From contig OY969564.1 in NCBI GenBank assembly GCA_963701095.1, forward strand, positions 1,536,001-1,600,000: a DNA stretch of 64,000 bases, in the 5' to 3' direction. The notes beneath the pieces are model-generated. The model had not been told where the DNA came from and ran no database searches. It saw only the letters and a list, made by a program, of their open reading frames with translations. Below, piece after piece: positions 54,057 through 64,000 of this stretch; positions within the stretch are counted from its first letter, which is position 1; each line of letters starts with the position of its first letter. A program made the position numbers and the translations under genes. The stretch is from an uncultured Methanoregulaceae archaeon. GTDB taxonomy: Archaea; Halobacteriota; Methanomicrobia; Methanomicrobiales; Methanospirillaceae.

Positions 54057-55985
54057 ATGCTCCAGGTAATGAAACGCATTCAGGTAATCGGGCCAAAAGC
54101 GGATCTAGATCGTGCTGTCGATCTATTATACGAGGCCGGGACCCTTCATATCGAGAATGCACTGGACCGTATCGGAAAAGACGAGATCCAACTTACCGGT
54201 GTCCGGCAGGATGAAGCTGATGAAATCGCCGGCGTCCTTGGCACAATAAATGCGATATTTTCAACACTTCCTGCCATTGCCGACGACTCCGAAGCCCAGA
54301 ACCGTTTCCGTTCCTCTTTTGAACGAAAAACTCCCAATAAGCTGGTTGCCCGCGCCCGATCTATCATTAATTCCCTTGAAACAACGACTCGTGACCTAGC
54401 AGCGAAGAAAACTGAGCTCGCACTATCGATTTCAAACCTGAACCGGTACGAAAAAGTACTCGATATTATCCATCCAGTGGAAAAAGAACTACCCGCGCTT
54501 GAAGGGTTTGAAGTGACGATCCTCCTGATCCAGGAAGAACATAAGGACGTAATCGAGCTGATAAAAAACGAAATTAACTCTATCACCGGCAACCGGTTCG
54601 AAATGATCGCGACAACGGTCGATGCCGAAACTCTCGCCGCAATTATGGTCTTTCCCAAAAAATACTCTGAGGAAATCCATTCGTTTATCTATTCCGTGAA
54701 TGTGAACGAGGTACGGCTCCCAAGCGAATTTGCCGGCAGGCCTTTTTATGAGATGTATGCCCTGATTGGGGAGAAACGACTCCGGGCTCAGGAAGAAATT
54801 ACCCACATCGACCAGAAGTTGCTCATTCTTTCAAACAACTGGTACCAAGAACTTGTCGTATTGAAAAACCACCTAAGCCGGATAAATGACGAGATCAGTA
54901 TGTACCGGAATTTTGGGATATCGGATTACGTTTTCGTAATTATGGGCTGGGTCCCTAAAAAATACCTTGAAAAAACCCGGAAAATGATACATGACAAGCT
55001 TTCAGGCCGGGTAGTTATCCGCGAACTCCAGGTGACAGAAAAAGACTTTGATGATGCACCGGTTTATTATGATAATCCCCCATGGATCAAGCCGTTCGAG
55101 TTTATCATGCAGATTGTATCGCTTCCGCGGTACCGTGAGATCGACCCCACGCCAATCCTTGCTATTTTCTTCCCTCTCTTTTTCGGGTTCATGGTGGGAG
55201 ATATCGGATACGGCCTTATTATCCTCGCCTTTGGTTTGGCAATCCGGTACCGGTTCAAGGAGGTCGGGTTTGCAAAGAACCTGGCGAGCATCCTGGTTAT
55301 CTCCTCTATCCCGGCTATTATTTTCGGCTTTTTTTTCGGCGAGTTCTTCGGAGACTTCGGGGAAAGAATGGGATGGCTTGCACCAGTCCAGTTTTTGGGC
55401 ATCACTTGGAACCGCGTGGATGCAATGATCCCTTTACTCATTATTGCGATCACTATTGGTGTCATCCATGTTTTCCTAGGGCTTTTTATCGGCATTAGGA
55501 ATGCGATCATCACAAAGAAACGCAAACATCTGTATGAGAAGATCGGTATGCTTCTGATGATGACCGCAATAATTGTTCTTGTAGCAATGTTCGCTAAAAT
55601 TATGCCTTCTTATTCTGTATATCCGGCGGCTGCCTTTATCCTACTCGGTCTTCCCCTAATCCTGATAGGTGCCGGGGTTTTTGGCACTATAGAAGTGATG
55701 AGCACGGTCGGAAACATCCTTTCGTATTCACGGCTTATGGCGATAGGAATGGCGTCGGTAATCCTCGCTATGGTTGCAAACCGGCTCAGCGGTGCGTTTG
55801 CGTTTGCGATTGTTGGCATTATTGTGGCCCTTTTACTGCATGCACTTAATGTCGTGCTCGCTATGTTCTCCCCATCGATTCATGCGGTACGTCTCCACCT
55901 TGTCGAATTTTTCTCAAAGTTTTATGAAGGAGGCGGGATACCATACAGGCCTTTCAAAAGGGAAATGCCACAAAAGGAACGGTAA
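54057..55985 (+). CDS. atpI: A/V-type ATPase subunit I (a)
   Basis: GWVP, EIDPT, GFMVGDIGYG, LSYSRL, RLHLVEFFSKFY. Confidence 0.95.
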   Translation: MLQVMKRIQVIGPKADLDRAVDLLYEAGTLHIENALDRIGKDEIQLTGVRQDEADEIAGVLGTINAIFSTLPAIADDSEAQNRFRSSFERKTPNKLVARARSIINSLETTTRDLAAKKTELALSISNLNRYEKVLDIIHPVEKELPALEGFEVTILLIQEEHKDVIELIKNEINSITGNRFEMIATTVDAETLAAIMVFPKKYSEEIHSFIYSVNVNEVRLPSEFAGRPFYEMYALIGEKRLRAQEEITHIDQKLLILSNNWYQELVVLKNHLSRINDEISMYRNFGISDYVFVIMGWVPKKYLEKTRKMIHDKLSGRVVIRELQVTEKDFDDAPVYYDNPPWIKPFEFIMQIVSLPRYREIDPTPILAIFFPLFFGFMVGDIGYGLIILAFGLAIRYRFKEVGFAKNLASILVISSIPAIIFGFFFGEFFGDFGERMGWLAPVQFLGITWNRVDAMIPLLIIAITIGVIHVFLGLFIGIRNAIITKKRKHLYEKIGMLLMMTAIIVLVAMFAKIMPSYSVYPAAAFILLGLPLILIGAGVFGTIEVMSTVGNILSYSRLMAIGMASVILAMVANRLSGAFAFAIVGIIVALLLHALNVVLAMFSPSIHAVRLHLVEFFSKFYEGGGIPYRPFKREMPQKER

Positions 55986-56032
55986 ATCCCACGAAATGAA
56001 AAGACGCATGAATATGACTAACGATTTGCGAA

Positions 56033-56701
56033 TTATCTATTGAGATCCATTCTTTTCTTATCCTGCACCTTGCGTCTCTTCTTTTCCATTATGCTTTTAA
56101 CTTTCTTGAGCCGAAACAGATCCTCCCGTTCCCGTTCATCAATTGCATTTTGTATGTACTTTGCCTGGGTCTTCAGTTCCGGGATCAGGATCTGCTCAAG
56201 CGCATTTACCCGGCGCCGGTTCATCTGGATCTCGGCCCCGAGTCGACGCATAGCTGTTTCGATCTCTGCAAGTTTGATAAGAAGATCCAATTCCAGCTCG
56301 TACCGCTCTGCAGTCTCATCAATCCTTGCGCTGGTAGTAATGATACCATAACCCCGCTCCAGCATATTTTTGGAAACACGTTTCTTCTCGATCACCGGGA
56401 CCGGTACACCCATAATATTCTTTCCGCTAATATCTACGGTAATCGAACGCCGGGTGGCAAAAGAGGCCGATCGGAGTGTAACCGGATCGTCAACGGCTTC
56501 AGCAAGCATCAGGGAGAGGTCGGCTGCCTGTGAAACCTGCTCCAGCTCGTCACGGGTATCTGATACGGTACCAAGAATCTTAAAAAACTCTTGGATGAGG
56601 GCATCCATCTTCTGGCGCAACAGATCACGCCCCTGCTCTGCAAGCTTGATCTGGGCCTTCATCTTCATGAGTTCCATCCGCGTTGGCCTGACCTGTTCCA
56701 T
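56033..56701 (-). CDS. atpD: A/V-type ATPase subunit D
   Basis: PTRMEL, NIMGVPVP, RRVNALE, EREREDLFRLK. Confidence 0.95.
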   Translation of the reverse strand: MEQVRPTRMELMKMKAQIKLAEQGRDLLRQKMDALIQEFFKILGTVSDTRDELEQVSQAADLSLMLAEAVDDPVTLRSASFATRRSITVDISGKNIMGVPVPVIEKKRVSKNMLERGYGIITTSARIDETAERYELELDLLIKLAEIETAMRRLGAEIQMNRRRVNALEQILIPELKTQAKYIQNAIDEREREDLFRLKKVKSIMEKKRRKVQDKKRMDLNR

Positions 56702-56729
56702 AATCGTTTTTCAGCTCCTTTATTATTCG

Positions 56730-58128
56730 TCAATCCTTCCGTGCAGCCGGGTGATATTTCTGGATATAATCCTTTTTTATCCGCTTGAGCTCATCCTCCG
56801 GTAGGGCACTGAAGAGATCCCAAGCTATAGAGAGCGTTTTTTCAATGGACCGGTCCTCGTCACCTTGGGTAATAAACTGCAACTCGAAGGCATCCGCGAA
56901 TTTCAGGTAATTCCGGTCGAGGTCTGTTAGTGCCTCTTCTCCGACAATAGCAACAAGCCTGCGCAGGTCACGTCCGTACGCATAGCTAGCGTAGAGCTGA
57001 TCTGCCACACCGCGGTGATCCTCACGGGTTTTGCCCGGGCCAATCCCGAGGTTCATGAGCCGGGAAAGGCAGGGAAGAGCATCGACCGGCGGATCGCCAC
57101 CTCGACGGAAAATGTCCCGCGAAAGGACAATCTGGCCTTCAGTGATATAACCGGTCAAATCGGGTACCGGGTGGGTAATGTCGTCATCAGGCATGGTCAG
57201 GATCGGGATCTGGGTGATTGAACCGGACCTGCCTTTCAGCCTTCCGGCCCGCTCATAAATAGAGGCAAGGTCCGTGTACATATAGCCGGGATACCCGCGG
57301 CGACCGGGCACCTCCTCCCGGGCAGTCGAGATTTCACGCAGCGCTTCACAATAGTTGATCATATCGGTAAGGATCACCAGAACGTGGAGGTTGTGGGTAA
57401 ACGCAAGGAACTCGGCTACTGTGAGACCGCACCGTGGGGCTGCAAGGCGCTCAACGGTCGGGTCATCAGCAAGGTTCATAAAAAAAACCACCCGATCCAG
57501 CGCGCCGGTACGCTCGAAGTCCTGCATAAAAAACGAGGCCTCCTTATGGGTGATGCCCATGGCAACGAAAACGACGGCAAACTGCTCGTTTTCGCCAAGG
57601 ACTTTTGCCTGACGGGCGATCTGGGCGGCTCAGCTTGCTTGCCGGAAGGCCTGAACCAGAGAAGATTGGCAGCTTCTGCCCACGAACAAGCGTATTAAGA
57701 CCATCGATTGCAGACACACCGGTCTGGATAAAATCGGCAGGTTTGTCACGTGCGGAGGGGTTAATCGGCATTCCGGCAATATCCAGAACAGCCTCCGGAA
57801 TGATGGATGGGGCCCCATCCCGGGCTGTTCCTACACCGGAGAAGATGCGACCCAGCATATCTTTGGAGACTTGGATCCGGGCAGGTTCCCCAGTGAACCG
57901 GACAGTCGTGCCGAGAAGATCTATCCCTCGCGTACCTTCATAGACCTGAATAACAGCATGGTCCTCCGAGATGTCAAGTACCTGGCCGCTTCGTTCTTCA
58001 CCGTCAGGAAGAGTGATCTTCACGATCTCACCAAAGGACGCTCCCTTTACACCGGTAACAAAGATCAGGGGACCTGACACATATCCTATAGTACGGTATT
58101 CTCTGGTCAGCAGTGCTGTATCTTTCAT
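56730..58128 (-). CDS. atpB: A/V-type ATPase subunit B; frameshift ~57630
   Basis: [31 protein letters not shown]. Confidence 0.95.
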
Positions 58129-59863
58129 TTCTCTACCACCAGCCCTGTCATACGGTCATTGATCTCTCCTATTATACCTCGGAGTGTCTCAATTTCTGCT
58201 ACCTCTTTCATCCTTCCGATAACTGCCCGTAACGGGAGTTCCTGGATCTGACGCAAGCTAATCCCCCGGTTCATTGCAAGGTTCACCTGCTCGTAATATG
58301 CCATGATCACTTTAAGCATCAGATATTGCTTTTCTATAGGGCAGAACGAATCGGTCTCGCTGTAAGCGCTTTGTTGGAGGAAATCCTCGCGAATCATGCG
58401 TGTTGCTTCGAGGATCGCTTTCTCGCTGTCGGGAAGTGCATCAGGCCCCACCAGCTGAACGATCTCCTGCAGTTCCACTTCTTTCTGGAGCAGGTAAATT
58501 GCCTTATCCCGAAGTTCCCGCCAGTCACTGGCAATTTTTTGGCTGTACCATCCAGCAATGGAATCAAGGTAAAGTGAATAACTTTTTATCCAGTTCACGG
58601 AAGGGAAATGTCGGCGGTAGGCAAGATTTGTATCCAGCGCCCAGAATGTTCCCACAACCCGTAATGTATTCTGGGTGATGGGTTCGGAGAAATCTCCCCC
58701 AGGCGGCGATACCGCCCCGACTACAGTAACCGACCCGGTTCGCTCCTTGGCACTGAGGCAGGTGACCCGTCCGGCCCGTTCGTAGAATGCTGCAAGGCGG
58801 GTTGCAAGATAAGCAGGATAGCCCTCTTCTCCTGGCATCTCTTCGAGCCTACCCGAGACTTCCCGGAGTGCCTCCCCCCACCGGGATGTTGAATCAGCCA
58901 TCAGGGCCACATCGTATCCCATATCACGGAAGTATTCAGCAATAGTGATACCGGTGTATATCGAGGCCTCACGGGCAGCCACGGGCATATTGGAAGTATT
59001 TGCAATAAGGACCGTCCGCTGGATCAGAGGGAGATTTGTCCGGGGATCAACCAGTTCGGGGAATTCAGCAAGAACGTCGGTCATCTCGTTTCCCCGCTCT
59101 CCGCATCCAATATAGACGACAATCTGGGTGTCCGACCATTTGGCAAGAGTCTGCTCGGAAACTGTTTTTCCAGTCCCAAAGCCCCCTGGAATCATCGCAG
59201 TCCCCCCCTTCGTTACCGGGAACATACAGTCAAAAACCCGTTGTCCCGTAATCAAGGGGAGTACCGGATCCAGTTTCTTTCCAATAGGCCGGGGGATCCG
59301 CACCGGCCAAGACTGCATCAGGGAGAGTTGAACCCTTCCATCAAGAATACAAACGGTCTCGTTGACAGAAAAGGCACCACCGCTTATTTCCGTGACCGTT
59401 CCGGAAATTTTTGGTGGAACGAGAACTCTGTGCTCAAACTGGAACTCCGCGACGGTCCCAATAATATCTCCTGGTAAAAGAGGGTCGCCAACTTTAACTA
59501 CCGGAACAAATTCCCATTTTTTCTCCCGGTCAAGGCCAGGTGCTGTGATACCTCTACCGATAAAATCCCCGCTTTTTTTTAGGAGAACCGGAAGCGGACG
59601 CTGGACGCCATCATAGATTGACGAGAGGAGACCCGGACCCAGTTCTACTGAAAGCGGGGATCCGGTATTTTCCACACACTCGCCTAACGTAAGACCGGTG
59701 GTATCTTCATATACCTGAATAACCGACTCGTCGCCTTCGAGCCGGATGATTTCGCCGCGGAGCGCCTCGGGTCCGACGTTTACTACATCGTACATCTTGG
59801 AGCCGATCATGTTTTTTGCAATAATAACCGGGCCCAAATCCGGGAAATCGTTCCTTTAATCAC
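58125..59863 (-). CDS. atpA: A/V-type ATPase subunit A; 1-nt deletion ~59836, GTG start
   Basis: [41 protein letters not shown]. Confidence 0.96.
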
Positions 59864-59867
59864 ATTA

Positions 59868-60188
59868 TCACCTCTTTAAAACAATGTTGTACCCAATCGC
59901 CTTACGGAGCAGCCGTTCGATGTATGTCCGGCGGTCCAATTCTTTTTTCTTGGCGGGGATTGGGATAATAAGAGGGCGATGCATTTTCTCGATCCGGTCC
60001 ATAAGTTTTTCATCGAGTGAGAGCATGTACTCCTCGTTGACAGCGACGATCCCTATGTCATCCTTGTGAAGAAGGGGAGGTATGGCAATCTTTGCCTCTT
60101 CCACGTCCCGTACTTCGACAACCTCTGCTCCGGCAAGCCGGAAACCCGATGCCCGGTCGGTGTCAGTAACGATTACAAATTTATACAT
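59868..60188 (-). CDS. atpF: A/V-type ATPase subunit F
   Basis: GFRLAG, RKAIG. Confidence 0.9.
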   Translation of the reverse strand: MYKFVIVTDTDRASGFRLAGAEVVEVRDVEEAKIAIPPLLHKDDIGIVAVNEEYMLSLDEKLMDRIEKMHRPLIIPIPAKKKELDRRTYIERLLRKAIGYNIVLKR

Positions 60189-61239
60189 ACACCAACTCCT
60201 CACGCAGGCTTTCGATCGGGAAATCTGCCGTTTTACAGCGGGAAATAACCCGAACATTAGTGATCTCGTTATACTTTGCCCAGAAATAGCCGATTAGGGA
60301 TGAAACACTCAGTGGCTCACCGGAAAATGACCCAGTACCCTGCTTTACAAGGTACCGTTCCAGCTCTTTTTCGACCACTGAAATTTTCTGGGCTTTAACC
60401 TCAGCTTCAGGAACAGACGAGAGAAACTTGTACCGGGAGACAGCCATTGCTACAAGGGCATCATCAATTGTATGCAAAGAAAGCAGAGCCGTGAGTTTTT
60501 TGATATCGAATTCCAGCCCGCCAGGTATAAGAAACTGAGAAGCCTCTCCGGGATCAACGTGGTCCCTGATCATCCGCAGAACCGTCTTGATATTGACGGT
60601 GTCTATCTCAATAGTAAGAACTCGGCGGATTATCGTTTTATTAATATCAGAACCCAGAACCGAACCGAGCGCTTTCTCGTAATAATACCGGTCAAGCGAA
60701 CATTCAAGCCTGCCAAGATCGCCTGTCCGTGCAAAATCCGGGAATGCCTGAGTAAGAGGTCTGGCCCAGGGGATACGCCATGTTGCGAGCAGATCGATTA
60801 CCGTCTTTGGATCCGGCTGTCGGACGAGCTCATTGAGGATAGATTCATCAAGTTCGCCTGCTGGTATGAGACAATCAAGGATTTCCTCGTTTGTTGCGTG
60901 GATATTCTTACCACGGAGAATCGTCTTGATGTTCTGTATGTCCCACCGGTGAAGAAAAATTGTAATGTAGCGTTCAGCTTCCTCGATTTTGGCAAACATC
61001 AGAATCTTCCGGAACGTCCGGACAAAATTTTTTCGCAGAGCGTATTCGATGCAGGCCACGCCAGTATACTTTCCCCGGCTTTCAATAATATCATCACGGT
61101 AAGGGGTTTTTTCAAGCTCGCCGATAAGGGAGTCGATATCGGGCTGGAGAATCAGGTTATCGAGCGTATGGTGATCCAAGAGACGGCTCTTCATTCCCCG
61201 CATACGGGCATTAATATATCCCCAGTCCATCTCAATCAC
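60181..61239 (-). CDS. atpC: A/V-type ATPase subunit C
   Basis: YINARMRGMKSRLL, WDIQNIKTILRG, EIDTVNIKT. Confidence 0.92.
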   Translation of the reverse strand: MIEMDWGYINARMRGMKSRLLDHHTLDNLILQPDIDSLIGELEKTPYRDDIIESRGKYTGVACIEYALRKNFVRTFRKILMFAKIEEAERYITIFLHRWDIQNIKTILRGKNIHATNEEILDCLIPAGELDESILNELVRQPDPKTVIDLLATWRIPWARPLTQAFPDFARTGDLGRLECSLDRYYYEKALGSVLGSDINKTIIRRVLTIEIDTVNIKTVLRMIRDHVDPGEASQFLIPGGLEFDIKKLTALLSLHTIDDALVAMAVSRYKFLSSVPEAEVKAQKISVVEKELERYLVKQGTGSFSGEPLSVSSLIGYFWAKYNEITNVRVISRCKTADFPIESLREELVYV

Positions 61240-61817
61240 CCAAAGAGTGTAGCATAGATCTCACGTCTCTTGTGTTCCCTTACCCTTTCGAGCCGGGATT
61301 CGATCGTGTTGGAAATGGTGATTTTCCCGTCCGGTGAGCTTGCAGTCAAGCCGCCAATGCAATCGAGGTCGGGACGGATCTCATATGATTTTTTCATCAT
61401 CTCCAGGGTTTTTTTACAGAGATCAATATCCTGGGGATTGACATGGATAACAACCATGCCTCCCTCCATAGAACCAATAGTCTCTTCACAGAGGTGCTTG
61501 AAGACAGAGGGATACTTTTCGTCTTGTCGAAGTGAATTGAGTCGCTTTCCTGCATGTTCAAATGATGTTTCGAACATCTTTTCCTTTGCAACGAGCGCCT
61601 GCTCCTTGATTTTGCCTTTCGCCAAGTACAACTGTTTATTCCGCTCTATACCAGCAGCGTTTTCGGCTTCCTTTACGATACGTTCTTCGACTTCTTTTGC
61701 CAGTTTCCTTGCCTCTCGCCGGATCTCATCAACCTGTTTTTGGACATTTTGCCGGAGCTCACGCTCTTTTTCCTCGGCACTTTCCTCGACGGATTTTAAA
61801 AGAGCTTCATAGGCCAT
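61236..61817 (-). CDS. atpE: A/V-type ATPase subunit E
   Basis: Coiled coil then CIGG..DGKITISNTIESRL. Confidence 0.88.
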   Translation of the reverse strand: MAYEALLKSVEESAEEKERELRQNVQKQVDEIRREARKLAKEVEERIVKEAENAAGIERNKQLYLAKGKIKEQALVAKEKMFETSFEHAGKRLNSLRQDEKYPSVFKHLCEETIGSMEGGMVVIHVNPQDIDLCKKTLEMMKKSYEIRPDLDCIGGLTASSPDGKITISNTIESRLERVREHKRREIYATLFG

Positions 61818-61948
61818 GGCAACATCGACCCTGTAGTCTTCTGCTTCCAGTCAACCACCATCAGCCTCAGACATCCTGTCCAGACCGTGTAAAGAAGAAT
61901 TATGATCAGGAGATGGAGTTTCCTGTGCGTGCGCTATTGCCACCCGGT

Positions 61949-62167
61949 TTACGTAACCATTAGTATTATCATTGCGGCTACGACAAAGCCAAGGATGACA
62001 AGTGTTTCGGGTATGGCTTCGAGTATGATGATTGATCCCACTACTTCAGGCCGCTCAGCAATTGCTCCCGCTCCAGCAGCCCCAATCCTGGACTGAGCCA
62101 AACCGGTACCTATTGCCCCACCGGTAAATGCAATCGCAGCTCCAATCGGGACTTCCCAACCAACCAT
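61949..62167 (-). CDS. atpK: A/V-type ATPase proteolipid K (c), single hairpin
   Basis: AQSRIGAAGAGAIAERPE..IPETLVILGFVVA. Confidence 0.93.
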   Translation of the reverse strand: MVGWEVPIGAAIAFTGGAIGTGLAQSRIGAAGAGAIAERPEVVGSIIILEAIPETLVILGFVVAAMIILMVT

Positions 62168-62274
62168 TATAATACCTCCACTGATAGTATCCTACAGATT
62201 GCTGATATATTAAGTTATTGCGCAATTCTTCTAGAAAGTACTTCCTTCAGTTAATATCCTGTCTCCGGCGAGGA

Positions 62275-62601
62275 TTATTGTTTCTGGGAAAGGATTGCAT
62301 CCATTTTTTCCACGGAGGGGCCGGATAATGTATGTTCTGTCATTCCTGCACTGAGTGCAAGGAGATCGCGTATGTCCTGATGAGTAAGCGTCGAGAAGGT
62401 ATACTTTTCCCATTTCTTGCGTTCAAGACGCCCCCAGAGCTCTCCAAGTATCTTCCGAAGCAACATGCAGTCGGAGCCACACAAATCCGGCCAATTAACT
62501 GCTGAACTGTGCCGTATCTTCTCTATAGCTTCTTCAACAGCTTGCTCTTTTCTGAGCTGGAATCTCCGACGGCCCAGCTCATCATTGCTCGTGCGGGTCA
62601 T
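62275..62601 (-). CDS. Hypothetical protein, paralogue of 62761-63090
   Basis: ELGRR..KEQAVE..W..W..WEKYTFS. Confidence 0.7.
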   Translation of the reverse strand: MTRTSNDELGRRRFQLRKEQAVEEAIEKIRHSSAVNWPDLCGSDCMLLRKILGELWGRLERKKWEKYTFSTLTHQDIRDLLALSAGMTEHTLSGPSVEKMDAILSQKQ

Positions 62602-62760
62602 AAATAGGGTGTATCGGAATTATTTCTTTGATATAATAGGTTTTTTCATTACCGGGAACTTCCAGCAGTTTTCTTTTAAATTTTCCTGTCGACTACCGCA
62701 AAGTTTATTGGGGCATAACGGGATTCACTCATCATCCCCTCATGGGGTGGGAGGAAATGT

Positions 62761-63090
62761 ATGCCGGAAGCAACCCAGGCCGAGGTGGGAAGGCGGCTGT
62801 ACCACGTCCACCGTGAAAAGAAAGTCGAACGATCAATTAAAATGATGCAGCAGGGAAAGAAATCTGAATGGAAGTTATTTTCTGAAGATGAAATACGGCT
62901 TTTGTCTCACCTTATGCAGTGCACATGGAATGTTATCGATCAGGATCTCTGGGAGAAGATCCCTTTTAGCAGCATAACCATAAGTGAAGTCCGGGAGATT
63001 CTTTCATATGGGGAAGGAATCAAGCCAGGACGGAACCCAACATCGGAATCCGTTGACAATATCAAAAAAATTCTGCTCGGACTCTCCTGA
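62761..63090 (+). CDS. Hypothetical protein, paralogue of 62275-62601
   Basis: EVGRR..REKKVE..W..W..WEKIPFS; GGAGG RBS. Confidence 0.75.
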   Translation: MPEATQAEVGRRLYHVHREKKVERSIKMMQQGKKSEWKLFSEDEIRLLSHLMQCTWNVIDQDLWEKIPFSSITISEVREILSYGEGIKPGRNPTSESVDNIKKILLGLS

Positions 63091-63160
63091 ATCCCTCTTT
63101 TTTTAAAGATTTCCCATCGCCCGGATCTAGATGCCTTGCCGGTAAGGTATCAGGAAAATA

Positions 63161-64000
63161 TTATTCGGTTGCTACCCGGATACAATCGGCAATCGTGCCG
63201 ATCCGGGCTTGTCCACCGCACATGTTAGGTACGTAGGCGAGTGCTTTTCCGGAGTTACCCATAATTGAATGGTACTGCTCCATTGCAGGTGAAACAACCA
63301 TGCAGGTATCAGCATAAACCTTGGCACCGCTCTTTTCAATGGATTCGACAGCTGCTTTATTCCGTACAATAACACCCTGCGCTGCAAAAACATAGAGGGG
63401 TTTTTTCACGACTTTGCCAGAAAGAAGCCGGGCGATTTCTGCCAGTTCTTCTGGAGAGCAATGAGGGCAGCCGACTGCAACTGCCTCTACCGGGATTTCC
63501 TTAAACAGGCATGAAATATCTTTTGTTTCGACCGTAATAATCTCGAGGCCAGATAGGTCGTATTGTATTTTTTGTGATTCAGCGGTAATACCCTCCACAT
63601 GATAAAGTGCGACTGCACCAGTCGCAGCCATCGCAGCGCCAAGAGCCTTAAGCTGGTCAGGATCCGGCTTGATTCCGCGGAAGAATGGAACCCTGTTTCC
63701 GACAAATTTTCCTGTATGAAATCCCAGCGCTCCGAAATCAGCGATAGACCAAGAGGAGGCATCGGCGTGAACATCAATTACCAGCTGCGGTTTGCGGTTT
63801 TTGGCCAGATGCAAACCGTAGCAGGGTGTTTTTCCGACGAGCGCTGCGGCAAGGGCACTCGGTCCCCCTTCCCGGTTTGTCCGCGCTCCGATCACTGAGT
63901 TCGCGTAACTGACTGCCGACGACTCAGACCATGCCAGATGATCACCATACCTGGTTTCGTACAGGTAATATGGCGTGCAAGTGCATTCGAGCTGGATGCC
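63161..64000 (-). CDS. Aconitase X catalytic subunit (probable phosphomevalonate dehydratase large subunit), 5' truncated
   Basis: CTCTPY, AWSESSAV, GARTNREGG, GCPH, DTCMVVSP, NSGK. Confidence 0.9.
   Translation of the reverse strand, partial: GIQLECTCTPYYLYETRYGDHLAWSESSAVSYANSVIGARTNREGGPSALAAALVGKTPCYGLHLAKNRKPQLVIDVHADASSWSIADFGALGFHTGKFVGNRVPFFRGIKPDPDQLKALGAAMAATGAVALYHVEGITAESQKIQYDLSGLEIITVETKDISCLFKEIPVEAVAVGCPHCSPEELAEIARLLSGKVVKKPLYVFAAQGVIVRNKAAVESIEKSGAKVYADTCMVVSPAMEQYHSIMGNSGKALAYVPNMCGGQARIGTIADCIRVATE

Noticed and set aside
577..59863. Mass pseudogenisation or programmed frameshifting
   Set aside because: The breaks are single-base, hit core genes and fall at AGCT/GTAC or short homopolymer runs, so sequencing error is the simpler explanation
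1..64000. CRISPR array, transposase, rRNA
   Set aside because: No regularly spaced repeats, transposase motifs or rRNA-like sequence seen by eye

Overview
Core chromosomal segment of a Methanomicrobiales methanogen, probably Methanoregula-like (inferred from gene content). Housekeeping genes include 2-oxoacid:ferredoxin oxidoreductase (order B-A-G-D), thermosome, tiaS, deoxyhypusine synthase, pyrF, cbiZ, RPA, ribB/ribK, mevalonate genes, bacterial-type Lon, hisG, tRNA-Leu(CAA) and polC with a 165-aa Gln-ending mini-intein. Main points of interest: (1) a six-gene operon of unknown function at 13.9-16.0 kb, with three tandem paralogues sharing a D-x-Y-x-D...E-[ED]-W-x-L-x-T coiled-coil motif, a membrane coiled coil, a CDC48-N-like protein and a Zn finger; (2) a bipartite non-coding element present twice, about 39.6 kb apart; (3) five pilin-like genes plus an Ig/vWA surface protein with a degenerate MIDAS; (4) an A/V-type ATPase cluster split into two convergent halves; (5) an aIF-1A copy with two in-frame stops, missed by the ORF track; (6) a stand-alone NrdD glycyl-radical domain. 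About 17 single-base frameshifts are most likely long-read errors. Ten of them sit at AGCT or GTAC, which suggests host DNA methylation at those motifs. All calls come from reading the sequence; no searches were run.
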